Below are positions 52,332 to 64,000 of a DNA stretch of 64,000 nucleotides, piece by piece. How positions within the stretch are numbered: position 1 is the first letter of the stretch; each line of letters begins with the position of its first letter. This DNA is from an uncultured bacterium (GTDB taxonomy: Bacteria > Verrucomicrobiota > Verrucomicrobiia > Limisphaerales > UBA8199): assembly GCA_963749495.1 (NCBI GenBank), contig CAVVMW010000004.1:64001-128000 (forward strand), read 5' to 3'. A program made the position numbers and the translations under genes. The notes under the pieces were generated by a model. The model did not search any database, was not told where the DNA came from, and saw nothing but the letters and a program-made list of their open reading frames with translations.

Positions 52332-53535
52332 TGCCCCCTCCTGCCCAGATAAGGGTCAGGCCGGCGAGTCCGGAGGCCAGGAGGGCGCTGACGGCCAGGG
52401 CGCCGCTATTGGAATATTGGGGCAGGAAATAGATCGAGGCGGCGCCCACGGCCGGTCCGGCGAAGTTGCCCAGGCCAATGGCTGCCTCGTGCAGGCCCCC
52501 GTGTTCGCCTTTGGTGTCACCCACATCCATCGAGTAGAACAGGGAGGAGTAGTACATCAGGCCCACGGCGGCGCCGAACACCAGTTGTGCCAGCACCAAC
52601 ACGGCGAGGCTGGGGATGGTCAGAATCGCCGTAAAGGCGGCGATCAGGCTCAGGTAGGCCAGGAGCAGCCATCGGAAACGGTAGTGCCAGCCGTCCCAGC
52701 GCCACAACAGGAAGAACGCGCCGAGCCGGGCAAAACACCACACCGAGCAACAAAACCCGGCGAGCATCGTCGAGAAGTGGAGCCGAACCGCCAGGCCGGG
52801 GATGACGGCCACGAGCGTGGTGATGGCGATATAGGCGAAGGGATTGGCCAGCCAGGCCATGCGCAGGAATTTCCTGGCCGTGAGCGGCAACGGGGGACCG
52901 GAGGCGGAGGCAGGCAGCGCCGCTGCCCCGGCCTCCAGCGTAATCGGCCCGGTCCAGAAAGGCAGCCGGCGCGCCGCCGGCGCGGTCCGTGACTCCAGCC
53001 AAAACGTCAACCCGAGCTGGACGGCATGGATGGCCGCCGGGAGAAAGAACAGGCTCTTGCGGCCAAGCTGGGTCAACAGCGCGCCGCCGGAAAAGTTCGC
53101 GACGGCGGCCATGGCGGCCCAAACCACGTTGTAAATGCCCACCATCTGCTGCACGCCGGCGCGGCTCTCGCCTTCGCAGGCCAGGGCCTCCAGTGTCGGC
53201 CAGGTGAAGCACATCCCCGCCGCCGCGCAGATGACGGCCAGGATGTGGCCGGGCGCGGACTGGGCGCGCAGGCCCCCGAGCATGGCCGCCAGCATGACGC
53301 TCCAGCCCAGCTTGAGCGCGGTGAAATAACCGAAGCGCTGGGCAAACCTCCCGCCAAACCACGCGCAGACCGCGCAAACCGCGCCGTTCATCGCCGCCAG
53401 CCCCAGGTTGGCCTTGTTGTCAAAGCCATACTCGGTCCGCATGAAAAAGTAGATGTAGAAGAAGAAATAGACCACCACGAACGAGTTCAGGGCCTCGAGC
53501 AGGAAAACGCCGGGTTTGACTTTGCGCAGCGGCAT
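52309..53535 (-). CDS. MFS transporter
   Basis: About 12 TM segments; GGRFAQRFG motif-A-like. Confidence 0.85.
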   Translation of the reverse strand: MPLRKVKPGVFLLEALNSFVVVYFFFYIYFFMRTEYGFDNKANLGLAAMNGAVCAVCAWFGGRFAQRFGYFTALKLGWSVMLAAMLGGLRAQSAPGHILAVICAAAGMCFTWPTLEALACEGESRAGVQQMVGIYNVVWAAMAAVANFSGGALLTQLGRKSLFFLPAAIHAVQLGLTFWLESRTAPAARRLPFWTGPITLEAGAAALPASASGPPLPLTARKFLRMAWLANPFAYIAITTLVAVIPGLAVRLHFSTMLAGFCCSVWCFARLGAFFLLWRWDGWHYRFRWLLLAYLSLIAAFTAILTIPSLAVLVLAQLVFGAAVGLMYYSSLFYSMDVGDTKGEHGGLHEAAIGLGNFAGPAVGAASIYFLPQYSNSGALAVSALLASGLAGLTLIWAGGGKRQKAKG

Positions 53536-53548
53536 GGTGGTCGGAGAA

Positions 53549-53607
53549 TGAAACGTGAAACGTGAAACGTGAAACGTGAAACGTGAAAGGTGAAACGTGA
53601 AAGGTGA
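53549..53607. repeat. TGAAACG heptamer array
   Basis: About 8 units upstream of the MFS gene; reverse-related units at 33563-33592. Confidence 0.9.
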
Positions 53608-53663
53608 GGCGGGAAGGTGGGCCGAGATCTGTCTCTAGCGCGGACTCTGCGCGTGGGGTCCGG

Positions 53664-54164
53664 TCAGTAATCGTAGAGCCCGCTGTCGTGGGTGTAGCCG
53701 CCGCCGCCCGGGCCGCCGCCCTCCTCCTCGCCGCCCATGAACTCGCCGAGCACGTCGCCCATATCGGCCTCGATTTTCTCCGGGTCTTCGCCCGCCTCCA
53801 GGCGTTTGATGGCCACGTCGAGGTCCTTGGGCACGGTCCCCGGCGGCATGAGGTCCTTCATCTTGCGCATCATGTGGGCCATGTGACGGGGGTTGTTTTC
53901 GTCCATGTGCTCCATGTCGCGCTCCAGTTCCTGCATGGTGCGCTCGACACGCGGGTCATCCAGGTCAGGCATGGGGCCTTCCTCGGACTCGGTCTTGGCG
54001 GCGGGTTCCTTGAGGCCGCGGGGCATTGCGAAGGGGCTGAGCTGCCTGGCCATCTCCCGGTTGCCGCACTTGGGACACACCGGCAGCCGCTCGGGATTGA
54101 CCCGCTGGGACAGGAAACTGAAAATGACCCTGCACTTGGGGCAGGCATATTCGTAGATCGGCAT
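53664..54164 (-). CDS. FmdB-family zinc-ribbon protein
   Basis: MPIYEYACPKC...CPKCG. Confidence 0.9.
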   Translation of the reverse strand: MPIYEYACPKCRVIFSFLSQRVNPERLPVCPKCGNREMARQLSPFAMPRGLKEPAAKTESEEGPMPDLDDPRVERTMQELERDMEHMDENNPRHMAHMMRKMKDLMPPGTVPKDLDVAIKRLEAGEDPEKIEADMGDVLGEFMGGEEEGGGPGGGGYTHDSGLYDY

Positions 54165-54223
54165 AACATCCAATAAAACAGCGCGAAGAATCTACCGCAA
54201 AGCACCCCGCGCGCAAAGGGGAA

Positions 54224-54466
54224 ATGACGAACGAAATGACGAATGACGAATGACGAATGACGAATGACCAATGACCAATGACGAATGACGAATGACGAAT
54301 GACGAAGGGAAAAGCGGCGGGAGGCGCCGCACACCAGGCGCTTCGCGGACCAGGGACGGGCGGCCCAAATCTTGATCATTCGTCATTCGTCATTCGTCAT
54401 TCCCGTCTCATTCGTCATTCGTCATTCGTCATTCCCGTCTCATTCGTCATTCGTCATTCGTCATTC
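54224..54466. repeat. Inverted heptamer arrays (ATGACGA / TCATTCG)
   Basis: About 11 units, a 70-bp spacer, then about 12 complementary units. Confidence 0.92.
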
Positions 54467-54509
54467 CGGCGCTTGCCGGCGGCTGGTTTTTTGAGACAAT
54501 GCGCCCGAG

Positions 54510-55542
54510 ATGAACTCATCGCTCAACGGCATGTTGGAAATCATCCTGGTCACCTACAACCGGGCGCGGTACCTGGATGCGACGCTGGAGAAACTGCGCA
54601 GCAGCCCGCTGGCCGGGTGCAAATTCACGGTCATCGATAATGGCTCGACGGACGCCACGCCCGAGATCTGCCGTAAATACGCCGCGTTGTATCCCGACTT
54701 CCACATCTGCCGGAACCGGTTCAATGTGGGCATCAGCGGCAACTACCTCCGCGCGCTGGAGACCGCCACAAGCGAATACACCTGGATTCTTTGCAACGAC
54801 GACAATTACGACTTTTCGCACTTCGACGAGATCGTCGAGGCGGTCACGTCGCGCAAATACGACATCATCTCGGTGGGGGTGCCCAATCACAGCGTCCTGC
54901 CGCGCGGGACGGTCATCCGGGCGCCCGAGCTGATCCGGGACCGCCGCTACAACTTCTTCTACACCGGCTCGTTCATCCCCTGCACCATCTTCCGCACCAG
55001 CCTGGTGGCGCCGGAGATGGTCCTCAAGGGCTACTACAACATCCACACGATCTACTCGAACCTCTTTTTCTTCGTCTATGCGGTCAAGCAGAACGCCCTG
55101 GTCTATGTCACCCGCTATGACTTCATCATCAACCGCCAGGAGAACGTCGGCTACCGTCCCCTGCACCTGGTGGCCGGCTGGATGATGGTGGCCCAGGAGG
55201 TCATGAGAGACGACAAGGCGATCGGCAAGGCCATGATGCACGAGATGCTCGGGCGCTATTATTACCCCCAGAAGATCTTCCAATACACCGTGTTCCAGCG
55301 CGGCTTCGCCAACCGGAACACCTGCCACGACGCCTTCCGCCTGGCCATCGAGAGCTTCAAAGCGGGCCCGAATCTGGGGCCTCAAAGTCCTCCCGTTTAT
55401 CGTGCTCATCACCTGCTTCCCTCCTGTCGTCAGCCGCCTGCTCTGGAGGGCCGGCGAGAAGTTCATCGAGAAGAAAGAGGGCCGGAAAATCAAACGGCCC
55501 GAGAACATCGAGTTCGGCGACAAGGCAGGCTACCGGGGATAA
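54510..55542 (+). CDS. Glycosyltransferase family 2 (probable frameshift ~55378)
   Basis: VTYNRA, IDNGSTDAT, NVGISGN, WILCNDD; more plausible C-terminus LKVLPFIVLITCF...GYRG* in the shifted frame. Confidence 0.85.
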
Positions 55543-55674
55543 ATTTCCCTTCGGGACGAACCTTTGGCGCAACACACCCGGTTCCTCGGGGGAACCCCGC
55601 ATTGTCGAGGTAAAGTACGGAAATCGCGTTGGCGGATCTTGCCAAGTTGCCAGGACGGAGACATACTGAACGTC

Positions 55675-55938
55675 ATGACAGAAACGCTGAATATCTCGTT
55701 GGCGCCGGGCCAATTGGCGTGGCTCAAGGCGCGCAAAGAGGAGGAGGGCTTCGCTACCGCCAGTGATGTGGTGAGGGACCTCATCCGCCAGCAGCAGGAA
55801 AAGGAGCGAGCGGACCTCCGCGCCGAGTTTGAATTGCTCAAGGGTGACGGAGCGGCCGGAGTTGAGCCTGTGGAGGAGATCATGAGGGTGGTCAGCAAGG
55901 TAAAAAAGGAGCGGCGTGAGGCCTCTCGCCGTTCTTGA
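55675..55938 (+). CDS. ParD-like RHH antitoxin
   Basis: MTETLNISL...GFATASDVVRDLIR. Confidence 0.82.
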   Translation: MTETLNISLAPGQLAWLKARKEEEGFATASDVVRDLIRQQQEKERADLRAEFELLKGDGAAGVEPVEEIMRVVSKVKKERREASRRS

Positions 55939-56338
55939 TTCCTCGGTGGTTGTCGCCGGGATTGGCTGGAGCGGCGGCGATGCCCGGAGGATTTTGGTTC
56001 TGCTGGCCCAGCGAGGTTTTAGCTCGTTGCGCACCCCGTGGCTGACGGCGGAGTGGAGTGAGGCCACTCAGCGTGTCTCAGAAGAAATCCGCTGGGAGAA
56101 TCCCAATTGGCCCGGTTGGCTGGACTGGCTAAAGCGCGCCTCGGTTTTGCTGGATGACCCTCCACGCAAGCGGATCGTGCGCCGGGACCCGAAGGATGAT
56201 CCGGTCGTCGCAGCCGCGGTCTCCGCGGGAGCGCAATATCTGGTCGCCTACGACAAGGATCTGCTCGACCTGCAAAGGCCGTACGGTGTGCATTGTGTGA
56301 CCCCAGGCCTGTTCCTTTCCGCTGTCCTCAAGGGCTGA
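55916..56338 (+). CDS. PIN-family toxin
   Basis: VLDSSVVVAG...RDPKDDPVVAAAVSAGAQYLVAYDKDLLDL. Confidence 0.88.
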   Translation: MRPLAVLDSSVVVAGIGWSGGDARRILVLLAQRGFSSLRTPWLTAEWSEATQRVSEEIRWENPNWPGWLDWLKRASVLLDDPPRKRIVRRDPKDDPVVAAAVSAGAQYLVAYDKDLLDLQRPYGVHCVTPGLFLSAVLKG

Positions 56339-56390
56339 GCAAAGGCGCTTCGGCGCTCCGGCGCGCAAAGATCAAGGGCAAGATGGACCG

Positions 56391-56508
56391 AGTCCCGAAG
56401 GGACGGTTGAAACCACCGGGTTTCAGCCGTCCCTTCGGGACTTATTGGTCGCTAACGGTTCAACCCAACGTTGAAACGTTGGGCTATTGTCGAATGTCCC
56501 TTCGGGAC
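56391..56508. repeat. REP family C copy
   Basis: GTCCCGAAGGGACGGTTGAAA...TTTCAGCCGTCCCTTCGGGAC...CCCAACGTTGAAACGTTGGGCTATT. Confidence 0.8.
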
Positions 56509-56513
56509 ACAAC

Positions 56514-57947
<1,434 letters not shown>

Positions 57948-57949
57948 AC

Positions 57950-58498
57950 TTATCCGAACTTGAGCTGGACGCCTTCCAATTTGGGTTGGCGGCCCTCGCT
58001 GAGCGCGAGCAAGACGGCCTTGATGCGCTGGGCCGGGGGCGGGCAGCCTGGCATGAAGCAATCCACGTGGACCGCCTCGTGGAGCGGCTGCACCCGTTCG
58101 AGCAACTCCGGCACGATGCCCGGCTCGCGCGGTATCGCGGGGTTGGACTGGGCGTTCTGGACGTAGGCGCACTGGAGCACGCTCTGCCCGTTGTCCACGC
58201 CAAGCTGGTTGCGGATGGCCGGCACATTGGCCGTCACCGCGCAGTCGCCGAACGCCACTACCACCTTGGTGCGCCGGCGCACTTTGTGAATCATCTCCAG
58301 GTTGTCCTGGTTGCAGACCGCGCCTTCCACCAGGCAGACGTCCACGTTCTCCGGGTATTCCTTGATGTCGAGGAACGGGCTGAAGACCAGGTCCATCTTG
58401 GCGGGCAGCTCGATCAGGAACTCGTCGAGGTCCAGGAACGACATGTGGCAGCCCGAACAGCCGCCCAACCAGACCGTAGCTACTCTGAGGCGATCCAT
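57950..58498 (-). CDS. hoxY: Hydrogenase small subunit
   Basis: [21 protein letters not shown]. Confidence 0.95.
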   Translation of the reverse strand: MDRLRVATVWLGGCSGCHMSFLDLDEFLIELPAKMDLVFSPFLDIKEYPENVDVCLVEGAVCNQDNLEMIHKVRRRTKVVVAFGDCAVTANVPAIRNQLGVDNGQSVLQCAYVQNAQSNPAIPREPGIVPELLERVQPLHEAVHVDCFMPGCPPPAQRIKAVLLALSEGRQPKLEGVQLKFG

Positions 58499-59202
58499 TG
58501 CTTTTTCTCTCTTGCGGTGACGATGAATTCGAGTTTCGAGCGGTCCCGCTCCATCTCGGAGACGGTCGCGCCCTTGTAGAACAGGGCGCCGGTGGGGCAG
58601 GACATGACGCACTTGCCGCAGTTGGTGCAAGTATCCGACGCGCCCCAGGGCTGGCTGAGGTCGGTGATGATGCGGGCGCGGGCGCCGCGGCCGGAGACGT
58701 TCTTGGTGCCGGCGCCCTCGATGTGCCAGCAGACGCGCACGCAACGGCCGCACAGGACGCACCTGTTGTGGTCCATGCCGAAGAGCGCGTGCGTGTTATC
58801 GACCTCCCACCGGGGGAACCGGTAGTCATAGCGCACGTGCTCCATGCCCAGGCTCCAGGCCAGGGTCTGCAGTTCGCAATGGCCGTTGGCCACGCACACC
58901 GCGCAGACGTGGTTGCGTTCGGCAAAAAGCAGCTCGAGGGCCATCCGCCGGTACTTGCGGAGCCGTTCGCTGTCGGTCTTGACGTCCATGTCTTCGGCGA
59001 CCTTGGTGGTGCAGGCGGGCAGCAGCTTGGGCACGCCGGCCACTTCCACCAGGCAGAGGCGGCAGGCCCCCACGTCGTACACCCCGTCCAGGTGGCAGAG
59101 CGTCGGGATCGTGATCCCCGCCTCGGTGGCGGCGCCGAGAATCGTCGCCCCCTCCTCGGCGCTGATCGGCGTCCCGTCAATCGTTAAGGTCTTCGCAGCC
59201 AT
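58480..59202 (-). CDS. hoxU: Diaphorase Fe-S subunit
   Basis: IPTLCH, GACRLC, HVCAVC...[27 protein letters not shown]. Confidence 0.95.
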   Translation of the reverse strand: MAAKTLTIDGTPISAEEGATILGAATEAGITIPTLCHLDGVYDVGACRLCLVEVAGVPKLLPACTTKVAEDMDVKTDSERLRKYRRMALELLFAERNHVCAVCVANGHCELQTLAWSLGMEHVRYDYRFPRWEVDNTHALFGMDHNRCVLCGRCVRVCWHIEGAGTKNVSGRGARARIITDLSQPWGASDTCTNCGKCVMSCPTGALFYKGATVSEMERDRSKLEFIVTAREKKQWIASE

Positions 59203-59307
59203 AGGCTAAGCGGGTATGCAGAATAAATGTGCCATTAGCGATTGACGCGTGCTCGCCTCCATATGCGAGGTTCCGCTTGACCAGACCGTCCGGAGGGCCA
59301 CGGTCTC

Positions 59308-59518
59308 CGGCCCAAAGGGCCGGCAGAACCTAGCCCAGGGCTGAGGCCGCCAGGCCGATGCCCTGGGACAGGTGTGCCCCGGAGCCGGCGCGCCCTGAAG
59401 GGGCGCCGGAGCGCTCTGGCGCCCCTTCAGGGCGCCGGGCCCGCGTCTGTGGCCAAACCCAGGGCATCGGCCTGACGGCCTCAGCCCTGGGCTAGGTTCT
59501 GGCGGCCCGTAGGGCCGC
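59308..59518. repeat. Long palindromic REP-like element inside the hox operon
   Basis: CAGAACCTAGCCCAGGGCTGAGGCC...GCCCTGAAGGGGCG/CGCCCCTTCAGGGC...GGCCTCAGCCCTGGGCTAGGTTCTG. Confidence 0.85.
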
Positions 59519-59555
59519 GAGGCAAGATACGGAGCGCAGCTCATTCGCTTTAAAG

Positions 59556-61256
59556 TCAATGTTGAGTCGTCGACGGGTGCGCCGCCACCTTTCCCGCCTC
59601 ATGTCCATCTGGCCCGTAGGTGTCTTCCACGAGCAAGTCAGTGTATTCTTTGCGGAAGAAGCGCAGGGTGCTGAGCACGGGATTGGGGGCGGTCTGGCCC
59701 AGGCCGCACAGGCTGGTGTGGCGGACCATGTCACAGAGTTCCTCGAGTTTGGCCAGGTCGCGGGCGGTGGCCTTGCGGGCGAGGATCTTCTCGAGCAGAT
59801 GGTGCATCTGGACCGTGCCCGCGCGGCAGGGGATGCACTTGCCGCACGATTCGTCCATGCAGAATTCCATGAAAAAGCGCGCCACGTCCACCATCCCGGT
59901 CGTTTCGTCCATCACGATCATGCCGCCCGAGCCCATGATGGAGCCGAGCTTGCCCAGCGAGTCATAATCCACGGGTGTGTCCAGGGCCTCGGCGGGGATG
60001 CAGCCGCCGGAGGGGCCGCCGGTCTGCACGGCCTTGATTTGGGCGCCGTTTGGGGCGCCCCCGCCCATGGTCTCGACGATGTGCCGCAACGGGGTGCCCA
60101 TGGGCACCTCGATCAAACCGGTGTTGGTGATCTTGCCCGCCAGGGCGAAGACCTTGGTGCCTTTGCTCTTGTCGGTGCCGATGCCGGAGAACCACTCGGC
60201 GCCGTTGCGAATGATCGGCGGCACGTTGGCGAAGGTCTCGACGTTGTTGATCAGGGTCGGGCAGCTCCACAGGCCGCTCTCGGCGGGGAAGGGGGGGCGG
60301 GGACGCGGCGCGCCGCGTTTGCCCTCGACCGAGGCCATGAGCGCGGTCTCCTCGCCGCAGACGAAGGCCCCGGCGCCGATGCGCAGGTCAATGTTGAAAT
60401 TGAAGGGCGACTCGAAGATGCCGCTGCCCAGCAGATCGTGCTGTTTGGCCTGCTTGATGGCGGTCTGCAGTCGGCTGATGGCCAGCGGGTATTCGGCGCG
60501 CACATAGACGAAGCCCTGGTTGGCGCCCACGGCATAAGCGGCCACCGCCATGCCCTCCAGCACGCTGTGCGGGTCGCTCTCCAGCACGCTGCGGTCCATG
60601 AACGCCCCGGGGTCGCCTTCGTCGGCGTTGCAGATCACGTACTTCTGCGGATTGGCGGTCTTGGCCACCGTGGCCCATTTCAGGCCGGTCGGGTAACCGG
60701 CGCCGCCGCGCCCGCGCAGCCCGCTCTTGATCATTGTCTCGACGACCTCCTTGGGAGCCATCTCGCGCAGGACCTCGTGCAGGGCTTGGTAGCCCTGGGC
60801 GGCGATGTAGGACTCGATGCGTTCCGGGTCCACGTAGCCGCTGTTGGCCAGGACGATGGGTTTCTGGCTCGTGAAGAAGGGGTGGGCGGGGTCGCCGCGC
60901 GCCACGCCGGCCGGGCTGCCATTGAGGGAGGCGATCACGGCGGGGGCCGCTTCGGGCGTGACCTTCAGATAGAGCGGGCCCTGGCCCTGGCCCTCGACGC
61001 GCACCGTGGCCCCGTCGGCCTCCGGCCTCGAATCGATCTGGACCAGCGGACCCTGGCAGCACAGTTTCATGCACCCCACCCCGCGCACCTCGACCTCGTC
61101 CCGCAGGCCCGCCTCAGTGACGGCCTTTTCGAGGGCCTCCTTGACGCCTTTGGAATTGGACGACATGCAACCGGCCGCCATGCAGCAGCGGACCAGGTGC
61201 TTCTTGTGCGAAGCCCGTTCCTTTTCCGCTATCTCAATCAGGTCGTCAATGATCAT
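59556..61256 (-). CDS. hoxF: Diaphorase flavoprotein subunit (NuoF-like)
   Basis: [52 protein letters not shown]. Confidence 0.96.
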   Translation of the reverse strand: MIIDDLIEIAEKERASHKKHLVRCCMAAGCMSSNSKGVKEALEKAVTEAGLRDEVEVRGVGCMKLCCQGPLVQIDSRPEADGATVRVEGQGQGPLYLKVTPEAAPAVIASLNGSPAGVARGDPAHPFFTSQKPIVLANSGYVDPERIESYIAAQGYQALHEVLREMAPKEVVETMIKSGLRGRGGAGYPTGLKWATVAKTANPQKYVICNADEGDPGAFMDRSVLESDPHSVLEGMAVAAYAVGANQGFVYVRAEYPLAISRLQTAIKQAKQHDLLGSGIFESPFNFNIDLRIGAGAFVCGEETALMASVEGKRGAPRPRPPFPAESGLWSCPTLINNVETFANVPPIIRNGAEWFSGIGTDKSKGTKVFALAGKITNTGLIEVPMGTPLRHIVETMGGGAPNGAQIKAVQTGGPSGGCIPAEALDTPVDYDSLGKLGSIMGSGGMIVMDETTGMVDVARFFMEFCMDESCGKCIPCRAGTVQMHHLLEKILARKATARDLAKLEELCDMVRHTSLCGLGQTAPNPVLSTLRFFRKEYTDLLVEDTYGPDGHEAGKVAAHPSTTQH

Positions 61257-61776
61257 GGGCCAGCCATCCTTTCACATGGTCCAGGGCCGATTCCGGAGTC
61301 TGCCGGGGCGTGACGGCCCCGTCATAGACCACCGCCGGGGCAATCCCGCACGCCCCGATGCACCGCGCCGTCGCCAGCGACAACTCGTTGTCCGGCGTGG
61401 TTTCTCCCGGCTTGATCTTCGCCTTGTCCTGGATGGCGGCCAGCACCTTGTCGGCCCCCTTCACGTAACACGCCGTGCCCATGCAGACCACGCAGGTGTG
61501 CCGGCCCTGGGGTTTGAGGGTGAAAAAGTGGTAGAAGGTGGCCACGCCATAGACGCGGCTGGCGGGCAGCTTGAGCTTATAGGCGATGAAGAGCAGCAGG
61601 TCGTCTTCGAGGAAGCCGAACAACTCCTGCGCCTTGTGCAGGACCTCGATGAGGGCATCCTGTTTGAACTGGTACTTCTTCATGTGCGCCTCGAGGACCT
61701 TGAAGCGTTTGTCGCCGCTGGCGTGCTCCAGGATCCCGGGCAGCCGGTTCTTTTTCTTGTTTGAAAGCGTTGCCAT
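61246..61776 (-). CDS. hoxE: NuoE-like [2Fe-2S] subunit
   Basis: [29 protein letters not shown]. Confidence 0.95.
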   Translation of the reverse strand: MATLSNKKKNRLPGILEHASGDKRFKVLEAHMKKYQFKQDALIEVLHKAQELFGFLEDDLLLFIAYKLKLPASRVYGVATFYHFFTLKPQGRHTCVVCMGTACYVKGADKVLAAIQDKAKIKPGETTPDNELSLATARCIGACGIAPAVVYDGAVTPRQTPESALDHVKGWLAHDH

Positions 61777-61935
61777 CATATCGCTCTGCCTGCATCGGGG
61801 TTGCCGAACGGGTCGGCGCGGATGGTATGGTGCGCGGAAGAGTCCCGGCGAATCCCAGGAGTAACCTAGCAGCAGTTGGCCGATCTGCTGCCCCGGAATT
61901 GGCAATTGATCCACATTTTTTGCGCACATCCGCGG

Positions 61936-62146
61936 GCGTCGCGCAGCAACGCAATGATGGTAGCCGTGGACCTCGGTCCACGGTTCAGAGCGCTGGAGGG
62001 GCCACGCGCCGCGTAGCGACGCTTGAAACCAGGCTTCTATCTGCCAGGACCGAGGCGTCAGGCGTCGCTACGCAACGCGGCACCATTCCCACGCCCCGAA
62101 CCGTGGACCGAGGTCCACGGCTACCTTCAGGCACCGCTACGCGGTG
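61936..62146. repeat. Palindromic REP-like element
   Basis: GGTAGCCGTGGACCTCGGTCCACGG...GCGTAGCGACGC/GCGTCGCTACGC...CCGTGGACCGAGGTCCACGGCTACC. Confidence 0.85.
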
Positions 62147-62177
62147 ACGGAACTCCGGCTCCCGGCACGAACACCGC

Positions 62178-62597
62178 TCACTCGCCGATGATCTTCACCA
62201 GCGCCCGCTTGCGGCGCCGCCCGTCGAATTCGCCGTAGAAGATCTGCTCCCAGGGCCCGAAATCGAGCCTGCCCTTGGTAATGGCCACGACGACCTCGCG
62301 ACCCATGACCTGGCGCTTCATGTGGGCGTCCGCATTGTCCTCGCCGGTCCGGTTGTGCTGGTACTGGGAGGTCGGCGCGTGCGGCGCCAGTTTCTCCAGC
62401 CAGACATCGTAATCGTGCAGCAGCCCTTCTTCGGCGTCATTGATAAAGACCGAGGCGGTGATGTGCATGGCGTTGACCAGGCAGAGCCCTTCCTGGACGC
62501 CGCTCTTGCGGACCAGGCCCACGACGTTTTCCGTGATGTTCACAAACCCGCGGCGGTTGAGCACTTCGAACCAGAGATATTCGGTGAGGCTTTTCAC
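62178..62597 (-). CDS. yjbQ: YjbQ/UPF0047 family protein
   Basis: [38 protein letters not shown]. Confidence 0.93.
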   Translation of the reverse strand: MKSLTEYLWFEVLNRRGFVNITENVVGLVRKSGVQEGLCLVNAMHITASVFINDAEEGLLHDYDVWLEKLAPHAPTSQYQHNRTGEDNADAHMKRQVMGREVVVAITKGRLDFGPWEQIFYGEFDGRRRKRALVKIIGE

Positions 62598-62840
62598 GGC
62601 TTGCTAAATGCCACAGGGGACGAATCCACGCAACCCTTATTCAGGATTTGCTTTGCGTTCACGCGGCGCCGTCTGAAGCGCTGGCGCACGGTTATCGGGA
62701 CGCCGCTGTTGAACTCGGGCGAAACTCGTCAGGAAGAGCAGGCCGTTGGGGGCGGATTCCTTCGCTCGCGTGCAGGAACTCTTTCTTCGGGCGGCCTCTT
62801 TTTGGGGCCGTTTTCAATAAGTGTTTTGCCTGTGTGAGGC

Positions 62841-63203
62841 TTTAAGTGATCGCCGGCACGGCAGAGACAACCACCAACTGCTCCGCCAGGCCCTCAAAGA
62901 AGCCCCCTGGACTCAGCGTTGAGGCCTCCCACCTTTTCACGACCAACCCCCACCCCATGAACCCCAGCGCCGGGCTCCCTGGCTGACGCTGCTCCAATGG
63001 ATTGGCTTGCCCAGCCAGTTGACGGTGCGCGTGGTCAAGGGCAGTTGCTATCACAAAGGCTTCCGCGTACGCCAGGTCAAACTGGTGACCACGCTCTTGG
63101 ACCCAGAACTCTACCCCGCCGCAGGTTCCGCGATCATCCCAAACGCCACACACGCCGCACCAGGGCCCGTTTGCGCAAGCTCGGTCTTATGTAAGCGCCA
63201 TTC
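62841..63203 (+). mobile_element. Decayed, internally deleted IS4-family element
   Basis: LTVRVVKGSCYHKGFRVRQVKLVTTLLDPELYPA DDE-region fragment fused to a basic C-terminus FRDHPKRH...LGLM* ending at TAAGCGCCATTC; left boundary uncertain. Confidence 0.6.
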
Positions 63204-63320
63204 CCCTCTCCATGAACCCGTGAGGAGGCCCGCGAGGTTTTGGACTGCGGCAGTCCAAAACGCTTCGCGGGACGGGAACGCAGTGTCGAGGTTCAGGGGC
63301 CTCCGGCGCGCTCCCCGATT

Positions 63321-63587
63321 TCACCCGGCCTGCTGTCGTTTTGCTCTGCCCTTGAGGGAGGCGGCCCGCGCGTTCCGGCGCGGAGCGCCGCGGACCTGTT
63401 TGCGGATCTTGCGCACCTGGCTGGCCAGGCCCTTCTCGACGTGGTTGCGCCAAACCACGCGGCAAGGGCACGCCGGGTTCGGGCAGTTCTTCAGGCGGGC
63501 CAGTTGTTCGCGCCTCGCTCTGACCAGGGCCGTAAGCCGGAGCAACTCGGACTCCAGATGAAGGACCTGGCGTTCTTTGCCTTTCAT
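63321..63587 (-). CDS. Small basic hypothetical protein with CPNPACPC motif
   Basis: Coiled coil, CxxxxCxC, basic tail. Confidence 0.6.
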   Translation of the reverse strand: MKGKERQVLHLESELLRLTALVRARREQLARLKNCPNPACPCRVVWRNHVEKGLASQVRKIRKQVRGAPRRNARAASLKGRAKRQQAG

Positions 63588-63663
63588 GATGGTTGTCGCA
63601 ACTGTTCAAAATAGCCCGAATCGGGCGGGGCGCAAGTGGGGTTGGCGCGCAGGAGCAGCCAGA

Positions 63664-63836
63664 GGCGCATCCTGACACTGCCCCCGGAGTGCGCCCGTCC
63701 CCGGGCGCAGCAGCGACAGAGCGGGAAAGCGCGCTGGAGTGTTTGACCGCTGTCCTGGATCCGGACGTCGCTGCGCCCGAGGACGGGCGCACTCCGGTCC
63801 GGCCCCCGGCGGTGGGGGCAATGTCGGGATGCGTCC
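63664..63836. mobile_element. MITE family B with GCGCATCCTGACA TIRs
   Basis: GGCGCATCCTGACA...TGTCGGGATGCGTCC wrapping the family B palindrome. Confidence 0.8.
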
Positions 63837-63847
63837 AGCGGCCGGGC

Positions 63848-64000
63848 CTACCAGTGAAACGGGGGCGAGGCGTTGGTGCGGGGGCCGTTGTCCTCGGGCG
63901 GCAGGAGGCTCTTGAGGGTGCGCAAGGGGTGCAGGGGCATCAGGACGATGCGCGGCAGCAGACGGAGCGGCTCCATCTTGGCCTCGTCGACCGTGCCGGT
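63848..64000 (-). CDS. C-terminus of a protein entering from outside the window (possibly AsmA-like)
   Basis: TGTVDEAKMEPLRLLPRIVLMPLHPLRTLKSLLPP...FHW*. Confidence 0.55.
   Translation of the reverse strand, partial: TGTVDEAKMEPLRLLPRIVLMPLHPLRTLKSLLPPEDNGPRTNASPPFHW

Overview
High-GC chromosomal window, most likely from a Verrucomicrobiota (Pedosphaerales/Limisphaerales-like) genome; this assignment is inferred from gene style and repeat families. Core genes: trxA, an RRM protein, gap, msrA, dnaA, glnB, mlaEFD, fabD-fabG-acpP-fabF, fabI with batCDE-like genes, and a hoxEFUYH group 3d [NiFe] hydrogenase. Accessory material: up to six toxin-antitoxin-like modules, a low-GC FRG + DUF262 operon converging on an ImmA/IrrE-type peptidase and bracketed by RAYT-like transposase remnants (best candidate for an undescribed defence system), a type IIG R-M gene plus an orphan ATPase abutting fabD, and two identical tRNA-Leu(CAG) genes, each with an integrase remnant at its 5' side. 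Also present: a promoter- and terminator-bounded structured ~200-nt RNA candidate divergent from glnB, many palindromic REP/MITE families, and 7/9-bp tandem arrays. One array builds a mini-ORF that appears to preserve batC-batD translational coupling. About nine single-base frameshifts, one in fabD, suggest uncorrected sequencing indels. All family calls come from reading motifs by eye; no database searches were run.
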